The position numbers and the translations under genes were made by a program. DNA of 56,518 bases, from assembly GCA_040377305.1 (NCBI GenBank), contig JBEIPA010000033.1, positions 1 through 56,518 on the forward strand, read 5' to 3'. Origin of the DNA: Flavobacteriales bacterium (GTDB lineage Bacteria; Bacteroidota; Bacteroidia; Palsa-965). Below the pieces are notes generated by a model. It was not told the origin of the DNA and made no database searches. It saw only the letters and a program-made list of their open reading frames with translations. Of the stretch, positions 1 to 9,938 are shown one piece after another. The first letter of the stretch is position 1; every line of letters starts with the position of its first letter.

Positions 1-23
1 GTCTTTTCTCCAAATGACCGGCC

Positions 24-500
24 TCACACAGGGGGATGATTCTTCTCAGTACTCCTGTATTTGTTCCTGTGGAGTTCATCTGCTTCTTCGATAGAATGCG
101 ACACCGACAGATCGTTCTCCTTTCGGGCTAATTCGGCTAGTTTGCGATAATAATGTGAAAGTGTTTCAAGCTCCTCTTCACTCATGGCTTCAACATCAAT
201 CAAACGGTTGCTCGGTCCTTTGAGGGAAGCAACTAATTCGTTCAGTTTTAGATGTAGTGCACGGGAATCTTTATTCTGCATACGCTGAATCAGGAAGACC
301 ATGAGAAACGTCACAATGGTTGTACCGGTATTAATGACTAATTGCCAGGTATCCGAAAACCCGAAGTAAGGACCGCTGATCAGCCAGATCACAATGATGG
401 TAAAAGCAGCCACGAACACACCCGACGTTCCACTGAATACCGTGGCCTTATGTGCGAGCCGTTCGAAGATATTTCCCTTGGGGGTCGTGTTGGTTTTCAT
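24..500 (-). CDS. Low-affinity iron permease family (Fet4-like) membrane protein
   Basis: Signature FSDTWQLVINTGTTIVTFLMVFLIQ..QN.D..A...KL.EL; two TM segments. Confidence 0.85.
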   Translation of the reverse strand: MKTNTTPKGNIFERLAHKATVFSGTSGVFVAAFTIIVIWLISGPYFGFSDTWQLVINTGTTIVTFLMVFLIQRMQNKDSRALHLKLNELVASLKGPSNRLIDVEAMSEEELETLSHYYRKLAELARKENDLSVSHSIEEADELHRNKYRSTEKNHPPV

Positions 501-508
501 CAGATGTA

Positions 509-793
509 CTATTCTTTTCTTTTCAGAAGCTGTTCCTGTAAAGCATCGATCGCTTCGTTTGTTGCTTCTTCAAATGATTTACTCTGCCTTTTCGCGAAAA
601 GATTGTTTCCGGGAATATGAACCCGTATTTCACACACTTTATTTTCATTGATGTCAGATTTCTCCAGTTTCAGAATTACATCGCCCGATATGATCTGCTT
701 ATTAAGGTGTGAGAGCTTTTCTACTTTGGTACGCACGAATGTTTCCAGTGCATCAGTAGCTTTGAATTGGAGTGATTGAATGGTAATCTGCAT
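509..793 (-). CDS. raiA: Ribosome hibernation promoting factor / RaiA (short HPF)
   Basis: 94 aa, MQITIQS..F...L..FV..K..KL and SFEEA...AIDAL..QL.K.K pattern of S30AE family. Confidence 0.9.
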   Translation of the reverse strand: MQITIQSLQFKATDALETFVRTKVEKLSHLNKQIISGDVILKLEKSDINENKVCEIRVHIPGNNLFAKRQSKSFEEATNEAIDALQEQLLKRKE

Positions 794-829
794 GTGATGT
801 GATTTTAGAAATAGTTTGAACTGGCTCTG

Positions 830-1801
830 TTATTTTTTTCTGGCGTTCAATCTACCTTGTTTACGGAAGTAACGTCGGAACGGCCATGATTCGCGAACCG
901 CTTTCAGATCTTCATTGAGCAGCACGGAGCCTTCATTGATGTTTTTTACACCTTCGTTCAGATTATGCACAAGCATGGTATCGTTGAGTAAAACGCCCAT
1001 GGAACCCTGACCATTCTGAATCCCATTCACAATTTCTGAAACGTTGCCTGTGATGAGGGCAACACTGTCGTTGATGTTTTCGAACTTCACAATAATCTGT
1101 TTCAGGTTGCCCGCCATAGTCGTATCGGTAATCAACGCACCGAGAGTTCCTTTACCGTTTCTGATGTCATTGGTAATGTTGGTTAGATTGCCGGTAAGAA
1201 TAGCACTCTGATTACTCGCAATCCGGATATTGACGATGGATGCTTTTACGTTTTCTGCAACAACAGTGTCCATGAGCAAAGACCACAAACTGTTTTTGCT
1301 ATTGATGCGATCAGTAATAGTGCGCAGGTTGGAAGTGATCACCTGCATATTTTCATTCGTTGCATTCAGCGTGCGAATCATTTCATCCTGTTCGATCGGA
1401 CGAACGGTTGCCAGAACATCACCCTCTTCAATCTGTTCTGATTGTGAATTCTCAGAATTGATATTCACAATTTTGTTGCCCATAAGACCGTCTGTTCCAA
1501 TGGAAGCAAGTGCATTCTTCTTGATATACTTCCGGATGTTCTGTTCAATGACCATCACGACCATCACGGAAGAATCGCTCACGATTTCTACGCTTTCTAC
1601 CGTACCAACATCAATACCGGAGAACCGGACATTGTTACCGGGCATCAGGCCATTTACGTTGTAGAATTCAGCGGATATGCGGAACGTATTCCCGAATAGA
1701 TTGTGATTATTACCGATCAGGTACAGTGCGGCAATCAGGAAAATGGTACCAGCAAGTACAAACGTTCCGAGTCGGATATTGTTAGATGCGTCCTTAGCCA
1801 T
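830..1801 (-). CDS. mlaD: MlaD/MCE family substrate-binding protein
   Basis: N-terminal TM, MCE motif VNGLMPGNNVRFSGIDVGTV and IGTDGLMGNKIVNI, long helical tail; ATG at 1801 preferred. Confidence 0.9.
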   Translation of the reverse strand: MAKDASNNIRLGTFVLAGTIFLIAALYLIGNNHNLFGNTFRISAEFYNVNGLMPGNNVRFSGIDVGTVESVEIVSDSSVMVVMVIEQNIRKYIKKNALASIGTDGLMGNKIVNINSENSQSEQIEEGDVLATVRPIEQDEMIRTLNATNENMQVITSNLRTITDRINSKNSLWSLLMDTVVAENVKASIVNIRIASNQSAILTGNLTNITNDIRNGKGTLGALITDTTMAGNLKQIIVKFENINDSVALITGNVSEIVNGIQNGQGSMGVLLNDTMLVHNLNEGVKNINEGSVLLNEDLKAVRESWPFRRYFRKQGRLNARKK

Positions 1802-1802
1802 T

Positions 1803-2537
1803 TTAAACAAAGAATTGTTTGACTTTACTGTCGTTTGATTGTATCAGATTTTCATACGTATCCACCGCGTAACATTTTCCATCGATGAGCATCACAACCC
1901 GATCAGCAGCATACTTCACACAGTTCATGTCGTGAGAAATGATTAACGAAGACGTGTTGTACTTCTTCTGGATATCGCTTATCAGGTGTATGATTTCCAT
2001 ACTTGTGATCGGATCCAATCCGGTTGTCGGTTCATCGTACAGAATGATATCCGGTTTCAGAATGAGCGTGCGTGCAAGTGCAATTCGTTTACGCATACCA
2101 CCCGATAGTTCGGAGGGCATCATATCTACGGTGTGTGCCAGCCCTACATTGGTCAACGCTTCCATCACAAGTTCGTTCACACTTTCTTTATTTTTCTCGA
2201 TCCAGTGACGGCGTAATGGGAATTCAAGATTTTCCCGAACCGTCATCGAATCATATAGTGCATTGCTTTGGAACAGAAACCCAACTTTAACTCTCACTTT
2301 GTCTAATGCTTCACGAGAGAGCTCCGGAATTTCATTTCCGAAAACGGCTACGGTACCGTTATCCGGCGCAATAAGTCCGATGATACATTTGATAAGAACG
2401 GATTTACCCGAACCTGATTTTCCAAGCACAACTACACTTTCTCCTCGCTGCAGATCAAAACTGAAATCGCGCAAGACATGGTTAGTGCCGAACGATTTGT
2501 TCAGGTGATCAATATGTATGACTGCTTCGGCGTTCAT
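1803..2537 (-). CDS. mlaF: MlaF-type ABC transporter ATP-binding protein
   Basis: Walker A GKSGSGKS, LSGGMRKR signature, YDEPTTGLDP. Confidence 0.92.
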   Translation of the reverse strand: MNAEAVIHIDHLNKSFGTNHVLRDFSFDLQRGESVVVLGKSGSGKSVLIKCIIGLIAPDNGTVAVFGNEIPELSREALDKVRVKVGFLFQSNALYDSMTVRENLEFPLRRHWIEKNKESVNELVMEALTNVGLAHTVDMMPSELSGGMRKRIALARTLILKPDIILYDEPTTGLDPITSMEIIHLISDIQKKYNTSSLIISHDMNCVKYAADRVVMLIDGKCYAVDTYENLIQSNDSKVKQFFV

Positions 2538-2541
2538 GATA

Positions 2542-3315
2542 TCACGTGAGATTTAAAACATCCGTTAGCTGCACAACAATCAGATCGATGATGAAAACCA
2601 GCAAGGATGCAACTACAACAGCTGCATTCGCAGAACGTCCTACTCCTTCAGTTCCTTTGTTGGAATTGTATCCCATATAACAACCGATAATGCCGATTGC
2701 AAATCCGAAAAAGTATGTCTTGATGATAGCAGGAACAAGATCTGCAAAACGCAGTGTGTCGAATACCTGATTCCAATACAGGTCCCAACTCACCACACCG
2801 CGGATGTTCGCACCGAGATATCCTCCATACAATGAAATCGCATCTGCAAGAACTGCGAGCACAGGAATCATTAAGGTTGCAGCAAGTACGCGCGTTACGA
2901 CAAGGTATTTAAACGGATTTGTTCCGGAAACTTCCATAGCATCAATCTGCTCTGTTACTTTCATCGATCCGAGCTCAGCTCCAATGGATGAACCGATTTT
3001 GCCGGCACAGATAAGCGCAGATATTACAGGTGCAATTTCACGCACGAGGGAAACGGAAACCATTTTCGGTAACCATGCTTCTGCTCCGAATTCCACCAGT
3101 GTTGGACGTGATTGTATAGTAATTACAAGTCCCATGATGAATGCGGTGAGCCCAACCAGAGGCAATGATTTGTAACCGATGTAATACGACTGACGCAGAA
3201 GTTCTCTTCCTTCATAAGGAGGTTTGAGAAACTCCACGAAGAAGCGTCCTGTGAATCGGGAAATATCGCCGATCTCACCGAGAACTCTTTGAATAGTACT
3301 TAGGATTACATTCAT
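2542..3315 (-). CDS. mlaE: MlaE-type ABC transporter permease
   Basis: AELGSMKVTEQIDAMEV and GTEGVGRS motifs. Confidence 0.92.
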   Translation of the reverse strand: MNVILSTIQRVLGEIGDISRFTGRFFVEFLKPPYEGRELLRQSYYIGYKSLPLVGLTAFIMGLVITIQSRPTLVEFGAEAWLPKMVSVSLVREIAPVISALICAGKIGSSIGAELGSMKVTEQIDAMEVSGTNPFKYLVVTRVLAATLMIPVLAVLADAISLYGGYLGANIRGVVSWDLYWNQVFDTLRFADLVPAIIKTYFFGFAIGIIGCYMGYNSNKGTEGVGRSANAAVVVASLLVFIIDLIVVQLTDVLNLT

Positions 3316-3322
3316 TGCACTG

Positions 3323-3387
3323 CAAAACTCGCTGAATTATAGTCCTTATGAAATGAAGCATGTCAGGGCGAATCATGATAAGCGTCA
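3323..3387 (-). promoter_or_regulatory. Tandem Crp/Fnr-type boxes and -7 element of the mlaE operon
   Basis: TGAAGCATGTCA 3354-3365, TGATAAGCGTCA 3376-3387 (22-bp period); GAGTTTTG on - strand at 3323-3330, 23 nt from the proximal box. Confidence 0.7.
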
Positions 3388-3443
3388 GTTTTAGGTCTGC
3401 CCGTGATCAGTGCGTACATTACACTAACGATCAATCTTTGACC

Positions 3444-4829
3444 ATGACAGAAAATGCAACAATCAATCAGATTTCACTTAGGTTCCTGGGAGGCGCAAGC
3501 ACGGTAACGGGATCTAAAACTTTAATAGAAACCAACGAACACAAGGTGCTGGTTGATTGTGGTCTTTTTCAGGGACTCAAATCGCTCCGATTGCAGAATT
3601 GGCAACCGTTTGATTTCGATGTCTCAGAAATAGAGGCGGTCATTATCACGCATGCTCACCTCGATCATGTAGGCTATCTGCCGCTGCTTGTTAAATCCGG
3701 TTTCGCAGGAAACATCTATGCAACACAACCGACTTGTGATCTAGCGCGAATCATTCTTCTGGATAGCGCGAAAATTCAGGAAGAGGAAGCGCGACTTGCC
3801 AATATGGGTGGCTATACAAAACACACTCCGGCAAAACCACTCTACACAATCAAGGATTCGGAGAATGCATTAAAGTTTTTTGTGCCGATTGAAGATAAAG
3901 AGTGGATCACTATTTCTCCATCTTTCAAATTTCAATTGTTGAGAAACGGTCACATTCTTGGATCGACACTGGCAGAAGTTATTTGTAACGGAAAGAAGAT
4001 CGTTTTCTCCGGTGATCTTGGTCGCGAAAATCCTTTGTTGCTGGAGCCTCCCGTACAGGTGAAGGAAGCAGATTTTCTGGTGCTTGAATCGACGTATGGC
4101 GATCGTGATCATACCCAAGTGCCGAAGGACGAAGAGCTCGCGTCAATTGTAGCCGAAGCGTTATTGAAAAACGGCAATCTGATAATTCCCACATTCGCCG
4201 TAGAACGTGCACAGGAAATCATGTTGATTTTAAATTCGCTCAAGAAACAGAACATGATTCCCCAGAGCGTTCCCATTTATCTGGATAGTCCGATGGGCAT
4301 TGACGTGACGGATGTTTACCTCAAGCATCCTGACTGGCATACGTTGAGTGAGGAGGAATGTCGCATGATCAGCACCCAAACCATTCAGGTGAGAGATATT
4401 GAGCAGACACGCGCTATCATCGAAGACCAGCGATCGAAAATTATTATTGCCGGTAGTGGAATGTTATCGGGTGGACGCGCATTAGAATACCTGAAGGCAT
4501 ACGTGGGTGAAACCAACACAACAGTTTTGTTTGTAGGATTTCAGGCTGAAGGAACCCGCGGCCGTGCCATGCTGAGAGGTGCAGAACACATTAAGATTCA
4601 CGGAAACCATTATCGCATTAATGCAGCGATCAAAGAAATCTCAGCGTTCTCCGGTCATGCCGACAGAACAGAGCTTCTCAACTGGGTTTCTCATTTCGAC
4701 AAGAAGCCGGAGAAAATATTTCTGAATCATGGAGAACCTAAGAGCTCAGAATCACTGCGAATCGCGATTGATGAAAAGTTTCACATTCCGTGTATTGTTC
4801 CGTTGCTGAATACAAAACACGTTTTGTAG
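3444..4829 (+). CDS. MBL-fold beta-CASP ribonuclease (YSH1/TTHA0252-like)
   Basis: THAHLDH, GHILGS, FSGDLG, ESTYG, SGHAD, HGE motifs; ATG 3444 preferred because the longer ORF overlaps the regulatory boxes. Confidence 0.9.
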   Translation: MTENATINQISLRFLGGASTVTGSKTLIETNEHKVLVDCGLFQGLKSLRLQNWQPFDFDVSEIEAVIITHAHLDHVGYLPLLVKSGFAGNIYATQPTCDLARIILLDSAKIQEEEARLANMGGYTKHTPAKPLYTIKDSENALKFFVPIEDKEWITISPSFKFQLLRNGHILGSTLAEVICNGKKIVFSGDLGRENPLLLEPPVQVKEADFLVLESTYGDRDHTQVPKDEELASIVAEALLKNGNLIIPTFAVERAQEIMLILNSLKKQNMIPQSVPIYLDSPMGIDVTDVYLKHPDWHTLSEEECRMISTQTIQVRDIEQTRAIIEDQRSKIIIAGSGMLSGGRALEYLKAYVGETNTTVLFVGFQAEGTRGRAMLRGAEHIKIHGNHYRINAAIKEISAFSGHADRTELLNWVSHFDKKPEKIFLNHGEPKSSESLRIAIDEKFHIPCIVPLLNTKHVL

Positions 4830-4871
4830 ATCACACTACGGGACACAAATGCATCTCGTGCCCGACCATGC

Positions 4872-5975
4872 TTAAGCCGGAATAGGTTGTTTCCCCAAAT
4901 GAACCAGCGTCATAATGTGGGATCGAAGCGCTTGAAAGAAAGATGGCTTCAGATTGTAGGCAATTCCATATTCGCGAGCAGTACGTTCCACGATAGGCGC
5001 AAGGGCAGGGTAGTGAATGTGACAAATGTTTGAAAACAAGTGATGTTCAATCTGGTAATTAAGTCCGCCCACATACCAATTGAGCAACCAGTTGTTACGT
5101 GCAAAATCTGATGTTGTGTTCAGCTGATGCACCATCCATTCTTCTCTGATAATTCCTTGCTCATCTGGTAATGTCTGAGTAGCTCCTTCAACTACGTGAG
5201 CCAATTGAAAAATCGTGCTCATGATCATTCCACCAACCATGTGCATGATGAGAAAGCCGACAAGAATCTGCCACCAGGAAAAATCAGTGAGCCAAAGCGG
5301 TAGTCCAATAATTGCAACCAGATAAACTGTCTTCGTGATGAGCATGCGTATTACTTCGCCAACCGGTGTATCGTTCTGTTCCCGCGTAAGTCCGGTGCGG
5401 TTGTACTTAAGCAACTGGGGCAGATCTCCGAAGAGTTTAGCGAGAGTCATGAATCCATAGAACAGGAACGCATAGTACTGTTGAAAGCGTTGATACTTTT
5501 TCCAGGGTGCGTCCTTCGACAACCTCACGAATCCTTTTGTTTCAATATCCTCATCGTAACCGGTAACGTTGCTATACGTGTGATGTAATATGTTGTGTTG
5601 AATTGCCCAGGTTGAGGGACTGCTTCCGATAAAGTAAATTGATGCGCCCGCCAATTTGTTTACCCACTTGTGTGGCGAATAAGATCCATGTATTGCATCG
5701 TGCATTACCGACATTCCAACGCCAGCCATGCCGATACCCATTACTACGAGCATCAGTACCGCTGTAAGCGTATTCATGGGAATTGTAAGAATGAGAATGA
5801 AAGGAGCCAGGTACATGGAGAGCATGATTATTGTTTTAATAATCATGCGACTATCGCCCTTAGTTGAAATGTTATTTGTTTTGAAGTAGTCCATTACGTT
5901 TTTTCTGAGTGCAACAGCAAAATCGTGTTGATGAGGATCACGTGCTATGAATTTGATGCGTTTCATGGTTGCCAT
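4872..5975 (-). CDS. Membrane fatty-acid (acyl-CoA) desaturase
   Basis: His boxes HDAIH, HNILHH, QIEHH; start placed downstream of the -7 element at 6019-6026. Confidence 0.9.
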   Translation of the reverse strand: MATMKRIKFIARDPHQHDFAVALRKNVMDYFKTNNISTKGDSRMIIKTIIMLSMYLAPFILILTIPMNTLTAVLMLVVMGIGMAGVGMSVMHDAIHGSYSPHKWVNKLAGASIYFIGSSPSTWAIQHNILHHTYSNVTGYDEDIETKGFVRLSKDAPWKKYQRFQQYYAFLFYGFMTLAKLFGDLPQLLKYNRTGLTREQNDTPVGEVIRMLITKTVYLVAIIGLPLWLTDFSWWQILVGFLIMHMVGGMIMSTIFQLAHVVEGATQTLPDEQGIIREEWMVHQLNTTSDFARNNWLLNWYVGGLNYQIEHHLFSNICHIHYPALAPIVERTAREYGIAYNLKPSFFQALRSHIMTLVHLGKQPIPA

Positions 5976-6018
5976 AAAGTACTTCCTATTAATGTCGGCA
6001 GTAGAACTTCCGACCTTA

Positions 6019-6083
6019 CAAAAGTAGGTCGAATGCAGGCAAATGCACATGACAATTGGCAATTACGGTGCTGATAAGCGTCA
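6019..6083 (-). promoter_or_regulatory. Tandem Crp/Fnr-type boxes and -7 element of the desaturase gene
   Basis: TGACAATTGGCA 6050-6061, TGATAAGCGTCA 6072-6083; consensus TACTTTTG on - strand at 6019-6026, 23-nt spacer. Confidence 0.75.
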
Positions 6084-6118
6084 TTTTTCTCCAGATCAAT
6101 GCTGATGTCATGTCTCAA

Positions 6119-6183
6119 TGATAAGAGTCATAGACTGAAATGATCAACGGCATTTCTGTTGAACAACGTGTAGAATACTTTTA
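6119..6183 (+). promoter_or_regulatory. Tandem Crp/Fnr-type boxes and -7 element of the 6207-8716 operon
   Basis: TGATAAGAGTCA 6119-6130, TGATCAACGGCA 6141-6152; TACTTTTA 6176-6183, 23-nt spacer. Confidence 0.7.
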
Positions 6184-6206
6184 CTGAAATATAAACACGC
6201 AGCACC

Positions 6207-6416
6207 ATGAGTTGCCACTTAACTCCGCAGGTAAATCTCTCTCCGAAAAAACCCGAGATAGAGCAACCAAAGAAGCCTGAAATTGCTCCGGACAAGCAGA
6301 GGGAAAATCCACCCGCACCAGCTCCTGAAATTCAACCTGTTCCTGAGCCGGATTTTGTTCCAGCTCCGTCACCGGAAATCCCAGGGCGTACTGTAAACGA
6401 AACTCTTCACAAATAA
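6207..6416 (+). CDS. Small proline-rich hypothetical protein (PEI repeats)
   Basis: 69-aa ORF directly after a predicted promoter and 12 nt before the next gene; PEI occurs four times. Confidence 0.55.
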   Translation: MSCHLTPQVNLSPKKPEIEQPKKPEIAPDKQRENPPAPAPEIQPVPEPDFVPAPSPEIPGRTVNETLHK

Positions 6417-6428
6417 ATCTCCTACGCT

Positions 6429-7967
6429 ATGAAGAAAGTATTTTTAGGAGTGGTGAGCGTCGCAACATTTGCAGGCATACTTTATTTTCTTAATACGGAT
6501 GAGAGTTCAGCGGAGACAGATATTCCGAAAGCAACACTCGTTGCGATTGCACCCATAGATGCACTGTTTGCAGAAGACAGTGCCGTTACAATGGTCATCG
6601 CCGTTTATCCCGACAGTGTACGTTCTGCAATTCTCACCGTGTGCGAATATCCGGACGCAGTGTTGAGAATTGAGGAACTTCAAAAAAATACACAGCAGGA
6701 TTTCCGTACAATAACAGGTTCACTGAATCAGGAGAGTCAGGCTGCTATCTGGAATATCACTCGCTACGACGGACTTGCCGAAAAGCTCGCTGGTTCGAAA
6801 CAATTATCAAAGAGCGAGCTGGATACTCTTGCAGTCCGTTATCCGGAAGATGTACGGAAAGATATCGTGAAATGTGGTTCTGAAAATTATGAAGTCGTGA
6901 AGCAGGTTACGGAACTGAACAGAACCACTGCTGTTTTATTTGACTCGCTGGTGAGAAGTTATCCTACTGCATTACAGAATGATTTACGAATCGTAGTCGG
7001 TAATCCGGAAATCATGGAATTGCTGGGAGGAAACATGAGACTAACTGTGAAAGCAGGAGATCTGCACCGAACAGAACACGACAAACTTCATCGCCAGTTG
7101 GATTCACTGAATACAGTTCTCGCAGTGCAAAAGGCGAAAGAAGTTCAGGAATGGAAAGAAGGTCTGGAGAAAAATCCAGCAGCGAAAGCTGAATTTGATT
7201 CAGCCACGACTGAATACAAGCAACAGCACAATACGGTAAACGAAACTACGATTGTGAATGAAACCGTGGTGGTGAATTACGTTTGCTATCCGTATTCCTA
7301 TTGGTACGGATATCCTTACTGGTATAATTATCCGTATTGGTATCCTTATCCTTACTGGTATGCCAGCGGTTACTATTACGGACCTTATGGAATAGTTTAT
7401 TTCGGATATCCGACTCCGTACTATACGTGGTGGTATTTTTATGGCTACCATCATCATTATCACTATTGTCATTTCTCTGATTATTACATCGACCATCATT
7501 ATGGACACCGCAGAACAGCCAACCAGTCGGGTAGAGTAGTGGATGACTGGATTGCTGCAGAAGAACCGCGCGTGGGCAAAGCATTTTTCGCCAACGACGT
7601 AGATCGTCCAACGCGTTTTGAGCAATTGGGGCGCGCCGAGATTGATCGTGCGGATTATAATTCGAAGAATCCAACCGCACAATTAACGCGCGATGAATAT
7701 GTAAGAAACAATCAGGCCAAGTATCCTGACGTGAAGCCGAATATCAATCAGGGAAATACGACGCCGCAACACTCGGGTACTCCACCGCCACCACCACCAT
7801 CAGGTCAACAAAGTAATCCGGGTGCAGCACGACCACCTGCACCATCACCATCACCAAAACCGGCTCCTGTTTTCATACCGCCGTCACCTAAAGGAACTCC
7901 GGCACCACCGCCTAGACCAAATCCGCCACCACAACAGGCTCCGGTTCCAAAGAAAAAACCGAAATAA
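6429..7967 (+). CDS. Exported protein with DUF3300-like N-terminus, Tyr/Trp/His-rich segment and Pro-rich tail
   Basis: N-terminal signal/anchor; IAVYPD..R.AIL...EYP resembles DUF3300; YPYW repeats. Confidence 0.65.
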   Translation: MKKVFLGVVSVATFAGILYFLNTDESSAETDIPKATLVAIAPIDALFAEDSAVTMVIAVYPDSVRSAILTVCEYPDAVLRIEELQKNTQQDFRTITGSLNQESQAAIWNITRYDGLAEKLAGSKQLSKSELDTLAVRYPEDVRKDIVKCGSENYEVVKQVTELNRTTAVLFDSLVRSYPTALQNDLRIVVGNPEIMELLGGNMRLTVKAGDLHRTEHDKLHRQLDSLNTVLAVQKAKEVQEWKEGLEKNPAAKAEFDSATTEYKQQHNTVNETTIVNETVVVNYVCYPYSYWYGYPYWYNYPYWYPYPYWYASGYYYGPYGIVYFGYPTPYYTWWYFYGYHHHYHYCHFSDYYIDHHYGHRRTANQSGRVVDDWIAAEEPRVGKAFFANDVDRPTRFEQLGRAEIDRADYNSKNPTAQLTRDEYVRNNQAKYPDVKPNINQGNTTPQHSGTPPPPPPSGQQSNPGAARPPAPSPSPKPAPVFIPPSPKGTPAPPPRPNPPPQQAPVPKKKPK

Positions 7968-7993
7968 ATTCGGAACTTCACCAATAGCCGGAG

Positions 7994-8716
7994 ATGCGTA
8001 CACTACTATTTCTCGTTGTTGCACTCATTTCTGAAATTCTCGGAACAGTCGGAGGATTCGGTTCTTCGGCCATCTTTGTTCCGCTCGCCGGATTCTTCTT
8101 CAGTCTTCAAACTGTTCTCGCCCTCACCGGCGTGTTGCACGTGTTCAGCAACATTGCGAAGTTGTTGTTGTTCCGTAAGACGATTGATTACAAAATTGTG
8201 TTGTGGATCGGAATTCCGAGTGTTGTGCTTGTGATTATTGGTGCGCAGCTGAACTCGATGATAGATCTGAAATTTGCTGAGCTGATACTTGGTATATTTC
8301 TCATCCTGTTCAGTACGTTTTTGCTTTTGAAGCCTCTTTTCAGACTTACTGCAAATAAGAGAAATACAATTGTAAGCGGAAGCGTGGCCGGATTTCTTGC
8401 AGGCTTGATAGGTACAGGTGGTGCAATCCGTGCAATGGGACTAGCAGCGTTCGATCTTGAAAAGTCTACGTTCGTTGCAACGTCGGCTGCAATAGATCTT
8501 GGAGTCGATCTGAGTCGGAGTGTTATTTATATTTACAATGGTTATCTGAAGGCGGAATATTATTTCCTGATTCCAATTCTATTGGCAATTGCAGTTCTCG
8601 GTTCGTGGATCGGTAAGAAAATACTGGACAAAGTGTCGCAGGATAATTTCAAGAAGATGGTTTTGATTCTGCTGTTCCTGATTGGTGTAACGCAAGTGCT
8701 GAAGGCAATCCTGTGA
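7994..8716 (+). CDS. TauE/SafE (sulfite exporter) family membrane protein
   Basis: GTVGGFGSS and GLIGTGG motifs, multiple TM helices. Confidence 0.85.
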   Translation: MRTLLFLVVALISEILGTVGGFGSSAIFVPLAGFFFSLQTVLALTGVLHVFSNIAKLLLFRKTIDYKIVLWIGIPSVVLVIIGAQLNSMIDLKFAELILGIFLILFSTFLLLKPLFRLTANKRNTIVSGSVAGFLAGLIGTGGAIRAMGLAAFDLEKSTFVATSAAIDLGVDLSRSVIYIYNGYLKAEYYFLIPILLAIAVLGSWIGKKILDKVSQDNFKKMVLILLFLIGVTQVLKAIL

Positions 8717-8770
8717 CGTGATCAGGAAATTGAACGTGAGCGGTTTAGTTATCACTCGTGTCTCTTACGT

Positions 8771-9871
8771 TTACTGATCCGTGCCGTCTTTCGGTGAGAG
8801 GGGAAGTTCAATAATGAATACTGAGCCGCGATCCTTATTATTCATGATACGAATTGTGCCTCCGAGTTTTTCTACTCCATTTTTCGCAACATAGAGTCCT
8901 AAGCCTGAGCCGGTGGATTGGAGATTTCCTTTATAAAACATCTCAAATACTTTTTCATGCATCTCGGGAGAAATGCCCACACCATTATCTGAAATTTCAA
9001 TCGTTGTTCCGTTTGAATCTGAGCGCACGACAATGCTCACAAAAGGATCTGCATTCAGATTGTCCCTATATCGGATGGCATTGTCAATCAGATTTCTTAC
9101 CGTAGGAACAAGAATGGATTCATCGGTCATCATGTGGAAGTCGTCTTGTACATCTACTACAAAACGAACATTTTCATAACCAACAACATAATGTAGTTTT
9201 TGCAATACTTGATCAATGAGTTGTCTGATATTAACCTCCTGAACATTTAAGACGGCATTTTTGATGGACATTGATTCAATCAAGGAAATCAAAATGGCAT
9301 CAAGCTTGTGCGAACTTTCAGAAATCATTCGGAGATAGTCCAATTTATCACCATCACCACCTTTTACGGCCAGATCTGTAAGTCCCATAATGGTGCATAT
9401 CGGTCCTCGCAGATCGTGTGTTGCTTTGTAGATGTAGGTATTGAGTTCTTTGTTTGTTTCATATATTTTCTCAACAGCAAGTTGTCTTTCTCTCTCCGAT
9501 ATTCTCTTATTAATTGCATTTGCAATCGACATATTCAGACGCGTTAATTTGCCTTTTAGAATATAATCATCCGCTCCATTTTTAATGCTTTGTGCTGCAA
9601 ATTCTTCGGATACCGATCCGGTTACGAGAATAAACGGGATACGTTGATTGCTGTTCCTCACTATCTCAAGCGCCTGGAGGGAATCAAATGAAGGAAGGGA
9701 ATGATCAGAGAGAATTGCGTCTGGTTGAAAATCTCTTAAGGCATTTTCAAAGTCTTCTCTGGTTTCAGTAACGCGGGAAATAAAAGCAGGCCCCTTCTTC
9801 AGTTCACGCAGAATAAGTTCTGCATCAAATTCAGAATCCTCAAGCAAGAGAATGTTCAGCGGCTTTTCCAC
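8771..9871 (-). CDS. Hybrid response regulator/sensor histidine kinase (REC-HisKA-HATPase)
   Basis: ILLLEDS..D, ILSD, THDLRGP, NLIDNA, DNGVG, GSGLGL; GTG start about 9871 inferred. Confidence 0.88.
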   Translation of the reverse strand: MEKPLNILLLEDSEFDAELILRELKKGPAFISRVTETREDFENALRDFQPDAILSDHSLPSFDSLQALEIVRNSNQRIPFILVTGSVSEEFAAQSIKNGADDYILKGKLTRLNMSIANAINKRISERERQLAVEKIYETNKELNTYIYKATHDLRGPICTIMGLTDLAVKGGDGDKLDYLRMISESSHKLDAILISLIESMSIKNAVLNVQEVNIRQLIDQVLQKLHYVVGYENVRFVVDVQDDFHMMTDESILVPTVRNLIDNAIRYRDNLNADPFVSIVVRSDSNGTTIEISDNGVGISPEMHEKVFEMFYKGNLQSTGSGLGLYVAKNGVEKLGGTIRIMNNKDRGSVFIIELPLSPKDGTDQ

Positions 9872-9938
9872 CTGATTTTTGAAATAAAGTTTATTTTTTA
9901 AAAATGCATGCAAAAAGGCAAGGAAGACATCGATCAAA

